Positions 10,182 to 18,860 of a stretch of DNA of 64,000 nt are shown one piece after another (positions within the stretch are counted from its first letter, which is position 1; every line of letters begins with the position of its first letter). A program made the translations under genes and the position numbers. The notes below the pieces were generated by a model. It was not told the DNA's origin. It did not search any database and saw nothing but the letters and a program-made list of their open reading frames with translations. Location: IMG/VR virus record IMGVR_UViG_3300030438_000078, positions 92,994-156,993 of that record, one strand, 5' to 3'. This DNA comes from a virus.

Positions 10182-10505
10182 TTAATCTAATATAATATTG
10201 TCACTTCTAGAAACTTTATATTCTCTTATAAACTTAAGAAAAATAATATTAGTATCTTTGTAAGCTACAAAGTCGTTACCGTCGTACCATTTATCTATTC
10301 CTGCTTCAACATATTTCAGTTTCGCATAACCTGTGTCATCTATATCTATTACAGATTGTTCCCAATTAGGAAATTGTACACACATCACATAATGATTATC
10401 CATATCAGTGTATTCTAGATTCTCAAATACGTAATTTATGTAACCCATTGGGTCTGATGCTTTAGCTACTAACTTAACTTTATATGTTACTTCTTGGGTT
10501 TCCAC
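10182..10505 (-). CDS. hypothetical protein
   Basis: 107-aa ORF. Confidence 0.4.
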   Translation of the reverse strand: METQEVTYKVKLVAKASDPMGYINYVFENLEYTDMDNHYVMCVQFPNWEQSVIDIDDTGYAKLKYVEAGIDKWYDGNDFVAYKDTNIIFLKFIREYKVSRSDNIILD

Positions 10506-10696
10506 ACATCAAATGTGTTAATATCCTCAAACATTTTACAGCCATAAGCTGCAAAGTTGCTAAAGAGTTTATCCATATTAGGAAGACATGGATAGTTTTT
10601 GCATCTTACACAACTGCGTTCTGGATGTTTATAGTGAAACCCATCTTTGTCCTTAAACATTACTTCAGCAATAGGCATAATACTATCAATATACAC
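10487..10696 (-). CDS. hypothetical Cys-containing small protein
   Basis: 69 aa; overlaps neighbours at both ends. Confidence 0.25.
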   Translation of the reverse strand: MYIDSIMPIAEVMFKDKDGFHYKHPERSCVRCKNYPCLPNMDKLFSNFAAYGCKMFEDINTFDVWKPKK

Positions 10697-11043
10697 GAAC
10701 CAGCAGTTCCATATTTTATTATATTCTGCTTTCTTTTTAAGGTTTTATTAAGATTCTCTATGGATCTATTTTTATCTTTAATAACATTATCATAATAAGT
10801 AAGTTGTATTTTTCTTAAAGAATCTGTTTTTTCCCAACTTTTATTTATTAGTTTGAGATTATTAATCTCTTTATTTAAAAGTGGGACAGTTTCAGTAAGT
10901 TTTTTATGTTCAACGAATATCAGATTTGCTGTCCTCAATTGCTCTCCTGTTATTGTAATCTTCGATGTACTTTGTGAAAAAGAGCAAATTGGCACTATCG
11001 GAGCTAGACATAATAATAGAAACTTCTTTCTCATAATTATCAT
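10660..11043 (-). CDS. putative secreted/lipoprotein
   Basis: N-terminal signal-like 'MRKKFLLLCLAPIVPICSFSQ'; 127 aa; overlaps 10910..11245 in another frame. Confidence 0.35.
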   Translation of the reverse strand: MIIMRKKFLLLCLAPIVPICSFSQSTSKITITGEQLRTANLIFVEHKKLTETVPLLNKEINNLKLINKSWEKTDSLRKIQLTYYDNVIKDKNRSIENLNKTLKRKQNIIKYGTAGSCILIVLCLLLK

Positions 11044-11245
11044 TAATATCTTTTATCTCTGACTCTATTGAATCATTAGATATATTAATACTATCTCTAA
11101 ATAATGAATCTTGTTTAATCTCTTCAATATGAGGAGGGTTTACCTCCTCAATATTTACAGGTTTCTCAGTATTTAGAATTAATATCAATATAACTAATAC
11201 GCATACTACTAGACCAGAAATAAGTATTTTTTCACTTCTAGTCAT
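10910..11245 (-). CDS. putative membrane protein
   Basis: TM segment 'ILISGLVVCVLVILILIL'; overlaps 10660..11043 by 134 nt, so one of the two may be mis-called. Confidence 0.3.
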   Translation of the reverse strand: MTRSEKILISGLVVCVLVILILILNTEKPVNIEEVNPPHIEEIKQDSLFRDSINISNDSIESEIKDINDNYEKEVSIIMSSSDSANLLFFTKYIEDYNNRRAIEDSKSDIR

Positions 11246-11801
11246 TATAGTTCTTCAACTTATTAGCTAAATCAGTATATTTATTGAGATCAGTTCCTTC
11301 TAAAGCCATATTGACTATATTTCTCTCATTTTCATTTAGAGAATTATATTCTTCTTGAGTTTTCTTTTTCTTTTCATATCTAGCCTTAGAATCATTATAT
11401 CCTTTAATAATTCTTTCTGGATTCTCTTTAACAAACTTACTTTCTTGTTTAAGAAGAGCTTTAATCAAAGTTTTGTTAACAACTCCTTTAACAGAAGAAC
11501 AGAGAACAGGATTGGAAAGATTATTCAAAGCTTTACGATAAGCAATTTCTCTACCTTTATTTTCATCGAATTTATCTTCTGGATTACAAACAGAATAACC
11601 AATAGATACCATTCTTTCTACATAATGTCTTTTATTGTATGATGCATATTCATCATATACATACGAAATAGCTAATTCTAGCTCATCATAATTTTCTGGA
11701 GCACTACTAATAGCGCATACAACAAATTTATGTTCTACACCTTTGAAATCAACAAATGAATCAATCAAGTATTCAACTACGTTACTTTTCATAATCATCA
11801 A
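11238..11801 (-). CDS. hypothetical protein
   Basis: 187-aa ORF. Confidence 0.45.
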   Translation of the reverse strand: MMIMKSNVVEYLIDSFVDFKGVEHKFVVCAISSAPENYDELELAISYVYDEYASYNKRHYVERMVSIGYSVCNPEDKFDENKGREIAYRKALNNLSNPVLCSSVKGVVNKTLIKALLKQESKFVKENPERIIKGYNDSKARYEKKKKTQEEYNSLNENERNIVNMALEGTDLNKYTDLANKLKNYND

Positions 11802-12060
11802 TAATTTTATAGCCGTTATTAATTAAATAATCTTCCGGGGCAAATTCTAATGTGAAAAACCTATATATACTATAGTTTTTCTTTTTCAACTTAACATCTT
11901 TCTTTTTTAAAGTAATAGGCTTATTAGAAGAATAATGTTTTTCATCTAATAATGAAGCTCCCCAACTCCATATTAAATATAGTTCAGAATGATAAACAAA
12001 TTTATCGTTGACGTAAACAATATTCTGGTCTTTTTCGTAAGCTTTCTGTAAGATTGTCAT
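11782..12060 (-). CDS. hypothetical protein
   Basis: 92-aa ORF. Confidence 0.35.
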   Translation of the reverse strand: MTILQKAYEKDQNIVYVNDKFVYHSELYLIWSWGASLLDEKHYSSNKPITLKKKDVKLKKKNYSIYRFFTLEFAPEDYLINNGYKIIDDYEK

Positions 12061-12499
12061 AAAATATAGTTACCATTTTAAGAATAAATGAATTTTGTTT
12101 CCTATCATAATAGTCATTCCAGGACTTTTCATTATAATGTTTTAAAATGTCTGTAACTCTTACTCTAGAATAGAAAGTTTCACATAAAGTTCTATCATTG
12201 TGACATTTATTTCCGTTTATAAAACATCCGCCAAGTAATATTCCATAATGAAAATTACTAGTCTTTATTTTTGTAAATGTTTTATTTATTGGGTCATCAC
12301 TCCAAATAACTAACTTATATCTAAAACCATCTTTCTTAAGTAGGCTTGCTAATATATATGCAATATAACAGCATCCACCTGCGTTTATGTGATATTCAGA
12401 ATTTAGATACTTACAAAAACTATCTAATTTCTTAGATATCGCTCTTTGTACTTCCGTAGATTTGTAGTCTAATTTCTTCTTTTGCCTTTTTAAACTCAT
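12002..12499 (-). CDS. hypothetical protein
   Basis: 165-aa ORF. Confidence 0.4.
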   Translation of the reverse strand: MSLKRQKKKLDYKSTEVQRAISKKLDSFCKYLNSEYHINAGGCCYIAYILASLLKKDGFRYKLVIWSDDPINKTFTKIKTSNFHYGILLGGCFINGNKCHNDRTLCETFYSRVRVTDILKHYNEKSWNDYYDRKQNSFILKMVTIFYDNLTESLRKRPEYCLRQR

Positions 12500-12722
12500 C
12501 TAGATACTGTTTTAAAGTTACAATTTCCTCTTTATTAAATTTTTTACTAGCAGCATATCTACAACACCTGTCTATAGCTACTTCAAGAGGATAACCATAT
12601 CCTTCTATCTTAAACTCTTTTCTCGGATTCTTCCCTCCTATATCATACAGAAGTTCTAAATCAAAGAAAGGAGAAGAATCGCTTATTGGTGTAAGTCTAT
12701 AAAAGGAACCTTCAATTACCAT
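12432..12722 (-). CDS. hypothetical protein
   Basis: 96-aa ORF. Confidence 0.35.
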   Translation of the reverse strand: MVIEGSFYRLTPISDSSPFFDLELLYDIGGKNPRKEFKIEGYGYPLEVAIDRCCRYAASKKFNKEEIVTLKQYLDEFKKAKEEIRLQIYGSTKSDI

Positions 12723-13077
12723 TCTCTACTCCTTTAATTAATGATTCAATATAATCAGCTCTAGCTTGTATAGCATCATATAAATCCTTGATACTTTCTG
12801 CATTTTCTATATTTTCATAAGTTTCGTCATATATACAAGGGCATACCATCGTGTAGCTTTCTCCTTGTCCGTGTATACAATCTGGACAAAATCCATTAAT
12901 AGGTTTACATAAATGACAAGTTCTAACACTTCCAAAGCCTGTTATTTCATGTATAACACCTTCAAAATATGCTCCATCTTCTGTATATAATTTGTTATAT
13001 ACCTCTTTTAACTGCTCAATAGTAATACTTTTATACAATTCTACTAATTCTTTAGCAGATTCTAAATTTTTTACCAT
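12712..13077 (-). CDS. hypothetical Cys-rich protein (possible zinc-binding)
   Basis: 121 aa with CHLCK..CPDC..CPC cysteine cluster. Confidence 0.4.
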   Translation of the reverse strand: MVKNLESAKELVELYKSITIEQLKEVYNKLYTEDGAYFEGVIHEITGFGSVRTCHLCKPINGFCPDCIHGQGESYTMVCPCIYDETYENIENAESIKDLYDAIQARADYIESLIKGVENGN

Positions 13078-14060
13078 ACTTTTTCTACAATTAATTTGTC
13101 GGATTTAATGATTTTATCCCAATCCTTGTAGGAATTAGAAATAATAACTTTATCAAACTTATCAAGAACTTTTCTTAATCCTTGTTCATTAACAGCATGA
13201 CAAACAATCAAAGTAAATACTCCGTCTGGATATTTCTCTTTAAGTACTTCTAATTCTCCCAAGAAAGTTCCACCACCATCACACAAATCATCAACAAATA
13301 CAAAATTCTTAGAAGTTAAATTCGCATAATCAATTTCAAAAGATTCAATCTTACCTGTTTTTAAATTACGTTTCTTATTAAAAGTAATCATGCCTCTTTT
13401 TTTATAGAATCCATTATTTAAAAATCCTTGATATCTTTCTCTAGAACCTTCATCTGGATATATTATAGTAGAGTCTTCTGGGAAGTCGCAGTCCAATGTA
13501 CATAAGAAATAATTTCCATAGGACCCCATTAAATCTACTGTTTTATCTGAATGAGGTTCAAGAACTTCCACATCATAGCAACTAAAATTCTTAAGTATAT
13601 TACTTACAATTTTTAGAGAAAAAGGTCTATTAAAATCCATTACTCTATCCATTCTCATAGACATTAAATAAGTAATATATAAGAACCATTTTACTTCATG
13701 TCTGCTAAGAATATCATTAACTTGCATTAGAATAAATAATTCATCTGCATTAGTTACTCTACAAATAACTTTTATTTCTTGTTTTCTATCAATTTCTGAA
13801 TCAATAGATATTTGTTTTTCTCCATCAGGAAAAGAGAAAATAGTGTAAGAGGTTCCTTCTCTAGTTAATTGTGCTGCATTAACTTCTAGAAAGTCTAACT
13901 TATTTGCCTCACATAATTGCTTTATAGTAAAACTTTTTCCTGATCCACTTTCTCCAGTTAATATAAAGTGTGGTCTAAGTCTGCACTGACTGTTTTTAAA
14001 TATTTGAAATATTCTATTTATTTCTTTTATTAAAGTTTCTTGACCTATTATTTTATTCAT
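13071..14060 (-). CDS. two-domain protein: N-terminal P-loop NTPase + C-terminal phosphoribosyltransferase-like domain
   Basis: Walker A 'LTGESGSGKSF' at N-terminus; C-terminal 'FVFVDDLCDGGGTF' matches the type-I PRTase PRPP-binding motif (hydrophobic run, DD, xxxGGT). Confidence 0.45.
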   Translation of the reverse strand: MNKIIGQETLIKEINRIFQIFKNSQCRLRPHFILTGESGSGKSFTIKQLCEANKLDFLEVNAAQLTREGTSYTIFSFPDGEKQISIDSEIDRKQEIKVICRVTNADELFILMQVNDILSRHEVKWFLYITYLMSMRMDRVMDFNRPFSLKIVSNILKNFSCYDVEVLEPHSDKTVDLMGSYGNYFLCTLDCDFPEDSTIIYPDEGSRERYQGFLNNGFYKKRGMITFNKKRNLKTGKIESFEIDYANLTSKNFVFVDDLCDGGGTFLGELEVLKEKYPDGVFTLIVCHAVNEQGLRKVLDKFDKVIISNSYKDWDKIIKSDKLIVEKVW

Positions 14061-14207
14061 TTTCCAAATAAAATTTTATAAGAACGTTTTTTATTTATTC
14101 CACTGCCTTTATTATACCATAGTATTACTTTATCACCAGCAAAATCTATACTAGGTTCATAATGAATATAGATTACTAATACAATTAAAAATATAAATAT
14201 TTCCATA

Positions 14208-14465
14208 CTAAATAACGTGTAAATCGGTAAAAGGAATATCATTCCCTATATAGGAATATATTCCAAACCAACTAAATATTACCCATAAAGACTCTTGAAT
14301 TTCTTGACCCTCACAATAATCTACTGGATAAATTCTTTCTATAAGCTCTTTATAACAGAGAGTGTATTTCTCTAAATTTTCTTTTCTCTTTCTCTGATTT
14401 TCAGTATTTAAAATATCTGCACCAGATTTAGTTAGAGTTATAGAAACAGTTTCATTTAATTCCAT
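14208..14465 (-). CDS. hypothetical protein
   Basis: 85-aa ORF. Confidence 0.3.
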   Translation of the reverse strand: MELNETVSITLTKSGADILNTENQRKRKENLEKYTLCYKELIERIYPVDYCEGQEIQESLWVIFSWFGIYSYIGNDIPFTDLHVI

Positions 14466-14577
14466 GTTTATTTCGTTTTGATAGAACCAGGTCTTGTTGT
14501 AGCAGCTTGAAATGTTTTAGACTGTTTTTCCCACCATTGAATTTTCTGTTCTAGATACTGCTTTCTTTTTTTGTACT

Positions 14578-15294
14578 TCATAATAAATTTTGTTTAAGAA
14601 TGTTTAATACTTCTGATTTAGGAACATTGTATTTAATCCATATGATTTTTATATTGTTATTATCACAATATTCCTAAATTAACTAATCTCTTTTCTGCTA
14701 TTTTTCTAGAGAAAATGGAATTAATCTATTAGAACATTTAAAATAATCACATTCTTCATAATGCTGTTTTCCGTTATATTCTATATATACATCTCCTACT
14801 TTAAAATCAATAAAATATTTTTTATCATCAATTTTAAGGTAAAAGTTATGGATATATGAAATATTATTTTCCTTTAACCAATTTTCTATAAAAATTTCTC
14901 CTAAAGATTTAGGTTTACATAAAGGACATCCTGACTATCTTAAAAAATCTCCAGGTCTTATTTCAAAAAATCCATGAATAGGACATCCTATAGTTACTTT
15001 AGTATCATTATTTTTATATTCTACCTTGGAATAATCAAAATTTTTATTAGGAAATCTATCTTTACATTTTTGTATAAAAAGTTCATTATTTAATTTTCTA
15101 TTAGTTATTCCATTTTTAATACCTTTCCATGATCCATTTTTCAAACGACTTGCTGAAACTGTTACTTCTCCTAATACAGGATGTATTACTATTACAGAAC
15201 AACGCCATCCTGTATATACAGTTTTACTAAAGTCACAGCTAGGATATAATTTCTATACTCGTTCTAAAAATTCACTCTATGTTAATTTTCTCAT
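14578..15294 (-). CDS. endonuclease-like protein with six in-frame TAG codons (TAG-recoded gene, or pseudogene)
   Basis: Single frame of 239 codons from ATG 15294 to TGA 14578 whose only internal stops are six TAGs; the translation is protein-like throughout and contains 'FIDFKVGDVYIEYNGKQHY' (Vsr/DUF559-like endonuclease motif) and 'CPLCKP'. Confidence 0.5.
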
Positions 15295-15386
15295 AATAAT
15301 TTTCCTATTTAATTTATGACTACCATGCTTGTTTTGCTTGTAACCATTTAACTCTTTTACTGTACTTCATAATTTTTAAATTTTAA

Positions 15387-15788
15387 TTAATCCCAAAATG
15401 TTCTAAACCAATATTCTCTCATTTTACAATATAGATACCAAGCTTTTTCTTCTCTCAAAGTTGATTTACTAATATTTTCAAAACACTTTTCTGAGAGTTT
15501 ATCCTTTCTAAAGTATCTATACTTGTTTTTAGTATTAACATAGATAATACCTTGATCTATTTTCTCCCAATCAAAGTCTTTATCCATACTTATATCAAGT
15601 AAACGAAGTGTTAAATTGATTCTTTCGGCATCACGTATGTTGTCTACATGAAGACCTTTATTCTTGATATAATCCCCCATCTTTTTAAGAGCAGCTCTCT
15701 CCATGTCAAGAATAAAACCATAATCCCAAGGCTCAAATTTAACAGCAGCTTTTACTACTGATTTACATTTACATTTTCTAAGTTTCAT
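15387..15788 (-). CDS. hypothetical protein
   Basis: 133-aa ORF, 4-nt overlap with rnhA-like gene. Confidence 0.4.
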   Translation of the reverse strand: MKLRKCKCKSVVKAAVKFEPWDYGFILDMERAALKKMGDYIKNKGLHVDNIRDAERINLTLRLLDISMDKDFDWEKIDQGIIYVNTKNKYRYFRKDKLSEKCFENISKSTLREEKAWYLYCKMREYWFRTFWD

Positions 15789-16213
15789 ACTAATTGAGAT
15801 GCTTCATTAGCTAATTTGTCAGCTAGGTTATTATATTCGTTTCTATCATGTCCTTTTACCCATTCAAATCTTATGTCTGAACAGAATGAGGAAGTTTTTT
15901 CATAAACTTTATCATAAGCCTGCCATAAATTTACGTTAGCTTTTCTTTTCCAACCTTTAGTCGCACAACCTATAACATATTGAGAATCAGTATAAATAAT
16001 AACTGATTTAATAGGTCTGCTAACAGCATTTAAAGCTGTTATTACAGCTAATAGTTCACATTTATTATTTGTAGTATTTTCTATTTTTTTACTGAATGTA
16101 TGAACTTTTTCTCCATTTAAAAGAAATACTACACTAATTCCTCCAGTATTTCTTAATGGACTAAAAGCTCCATCAGTATAACATTCTAGAACTACTTCCG
16201 GTTTTCCTTTCAT
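15785..16213 (-). CDS. rnhA: ribonuclease H
   Basis: Canonical RNase HI residues: 'YTDGA' (D), 'NNKCELLAVITAL' (E), 'IYTDSQYV' (D), 'VKGH..N..ADKLA' (H, D); 142 aa. Confidence 0.85.
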   Translation of the reverse strand: MKGKPEVVLECYTDGAFSPLRNTGGISVVFLLNGEKVHTFSKKIENTTNNKCELLAVITALNAVSRPIKSVIIYTDSQYVIGCATKGWKRKANVNLWQAYDKVYEKTSSFCSDIRFEWVKGHDRNEYNNLADKLANEASQLV

Positions 16214-17182
16214 TCACTCCTATAAATTTTTCTAGAGCAGCCCTATAAAGGGTTGTTCTAGAGATAAATAGATTACTGTAAAGTGTCACAAACTGCTACA
16301 GTATCATTCATTACTGAATCCATTACTGTAGAATCATTTACTACCATAACTGAATCAACGTTACTTACTTCTTTATCTGAATTTGCAACATTTCCACAAG
16401 CTGACATAACAGCAATCATACTAAAGAGAAAAATAAATTTTTTCATTGTTAATAAAATTTTAAAAGTTAAACATCAAAATAAAAAAAGAGTGGTTACTGT
16501 ATCTGTGCTTCATAAGATACTTTCACCACTCCCTATTACCATAAAGGCTTGTACCGTTATTAGGTTGGTCAACCTCCCTCTTCATCTTGTTGAGAATTTG
16601 GGATAATAGTCACCAAGTTTAAAGATTACTTGTAACTGAAGCACTAAAAGTAGAGTAAGTTTCACCCCTTACTCAATCGTAACTACAACAGTCCTGTATT
16701 TCTACACTCCCGATGTAATATTCGCAATAATCGCAAAATAATTTCTTATAATTAATATTGATAGGATTCAAACCTACATTGTGTCTATAGCCACACTATA
16801 TGAGCTTTGTAACTTACAATACGACTTTACGTTTACCTTCAGTTACGAGATTAAAAGTCTCTTAGTTTTCATATGGCGTCTATTCAATTTCGCCACAATA
16901 TTTATAAGAAATTATTTTACGATTACGTAACTCCTTCAACACATGGTTGACGAGATATGTAGGAAGCTAACACGCAGACAAAAGCAAGAACCAAGGCAAA
17001 GACCCGATTATACTAGCAAAGACAAAGATAAAGACTAATTTGAGAAATATAACTTCTCATATTGTATAAAACTTTGTATAATCGGCGAATAATTTTTGGT
17101 TACAGATTATAAATCTGATAAAAATATGCTTTTATTTTAATCCATTTTAAATTTTGTTAGCCTCCTACAGAAAAACTTCTAA

Positions 17183-18094
17183 TTACTTAGAAGAATCGCA
17201 TTGTTTCTGAATTTCCTTAAATGTATCAAGGAGATTAGAAGGCAATACAATTTTTAGTTTAGAGATTCTTTCTCTTTCAGAAGTAACCCAGTTATTAAAG
17301 TCACTTCTAGCAACCCTCATAGCTGAATTATATTCATCATATTGTTTATTATATTCGTCTACTTTTCTTCTGAACTCTTGCTCTCGTTCCATACTGATTC
17401 TATTGACATCAGCTTGAATCTCAGCTTTCATAGCATTAAGTTCTTTCTCATAGGAACGATAAATTTCCTGAAGTTCAAAGAATAATTTCTCTACATCTTT
17501 ACTATCTACTGTAGGATAATAGTAATAAAGAATAAGATCTCTACCAGAACCTTCTTTGGTAATAGGACTATTCTCTATATTATGCATTTCTTTTCTAGCT
17601 TTAGAGAAAGCTCCTTTAGGGTGAATATATTTACCATATGTAGAAGCAAATGCTTCAAGTTTAAGATATTTATTTCTCTTGTTAATATCCCAAGAATTAA
17701 TAACATCTTCCTCTAAAACAGAAACTGCATATTCTGGATACTCTGGAGTACTTGGCACACCATATCCAGTATCTTTAATCCATTTCTCTAATGTTAGAGA
17801 TTTTAGACTAATTAACTGAGCATCTTTTTCTTTAATTGCTTCTCTTACCCAAGCACAGAAAGCATTCATCTTAGAAATTTGTTCCAAATTTTTCTTTACA
17901 GAATCTAGAGATTTCCATCCCTTAGACATAATCTTTTCAGGAGATTGAGAATCAATAGATGAAACACAAGTTTTATATAGTTTTATACTATTTAATGATT
18001 CTGTAATAGATTGAATCATTTCCTGTGCTACATTAGCATAATAGTTTGCAGAAGTTGAATTTAATCCTTCTGCTCCAAAATAAACATTATTCAT
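17183..18094 (-). CDS. hypothetical protein
   Basis: 303-aa ORF. Confidence 0.45.
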   Translation of the reverse strand: MNNVYFGAEGLNSTSANYYANVAQEMIQSITESLNSIKLYKTCVSSIDSQSPEKIMSKGWKSLDSVKKNLEQISKMNAFCAWVREAIKEKDAQLISLKSLTLEKWIKDTGYGVPSTPEYPEYAVSVLEEDVINSWDINKRNKYLKLEAFASTYGKYIHPKGAFSKARKEMHNIENSPITKEGSGRDLILYYYYPTVDSKDVEKLFFELQEIYRSYEKELNAMKAEIQADVNRISMEREQEFRRKVDEYNKQYDEYNSAMRVARSDFNNWVTSERERISKLKIVLPSNLLDTFKEIQKQCDSSK

Positions 18095-18291
18095 ATTTTA
18101 CCTAATTTTGTTAATTGTTTTAAAACACTTTCATGACCTTCTATAAAACCAGCTCTATAAGCATTTCTTATTAATGCTTTAAAAGATTCTAGTTCTTTAT
18201 TTGACTTTAAGAAGTTTTCTTTATAAAGCTTTTCTAATTCCTCAAGGTATCTTTCCATAAGTTTATAATCTTATTGTAAAACCTAGATTAG

Positions 18292-18375
18292 TGACGCAGA
18301 AGGGAGTTGAACCCTCAATCCCAAATGGGCACGGGTGTTTAAGACCCGTCTGTATACCAATTCCAGCACTGCGCC
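18292..18375 (-). tRNA. tRNA-Leu (anticodon UAA), type II
   Basis: Acceptor GGCGCAG/CTGCGTC, anticodon stem CGGGT/ACCCG with loop CTTAAAC, long variable arm, T-arm GGGTTCAACTCCC. Confidence 0.75.
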
Positions 18376-18483
18376 ATTATACACAGAGGGCAGAAGTTGT
18401 TTCTACCCTAACTGTGTATCAATAATACATCTACGAATGTTAATTCGTTAGTTAATAAATGTTATTTTCTATTAAATAGAAAA

Positions 18484-18858
18484 TTATTCCAATTCAGCAA
18501 TTTTCTTTTTCAATTCTTCAATAGAAAGATTTTCAAGACTAGCTTCTTCTTTCTTAGCAAGAATTTCTTTCAATCTGTTCTTTTCAGTCAATCTCTGTTT
18601 CTCAGAATCTTTCTTAACCTTCTCTTCAAGTTTAGTGTTGATGATATCTTTCAAGATATCTAATCTCAACTTAGAAACCTTATCTTCTGGAGTCGTTTCA
18701 GAGATAAATGACTTCTTAGGATTCTTAGAAAGTTGTTCATCAATGGCTACTGCCATTTTATCTAGAGCGGTCAAGCTCAAATCCCACAAATCTTCTACAC
18801 TCAAGTTTCCTTTTACTGTTGCAAAACGCAATTTTGTTTTAGATGCTTCTTTATACAT
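18484..18858 (-). CDS. hypothetical K/E-rich coiled-coil protein
   Basis: 124-aa ORF. Confidence 0.4.
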   Translation of the reverse strand: MYKEASKTKLRFATVKGNLSVEDLWDLSLTALDKMAVAIDEQLSKNPKKSFISETTPEDKVSKLRLDILKDIINTKLEEKVKKDSEKQRLTEKNRLKEILAKKEEASLENLSIEELKKKIAELE

Positions 18859-18860
18859 AA

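Noticed and set aside
14057-14242. 61-aa hydrophobic ORF overlapping 14208..14465
   Set aside because: Largely overlaps a better ORF in another frame and has no start context; probably not a separate gene.
16272-16446. Possible minus-strand lipoprotein gene (MKKFIFLFSMIAVMSAC...)
   Set aside because: That reading needs six A's after the ATG but the sequence has seven, which puts a stop at codon 9; only valid if the homopolymer length is a sequencing error, so not called.
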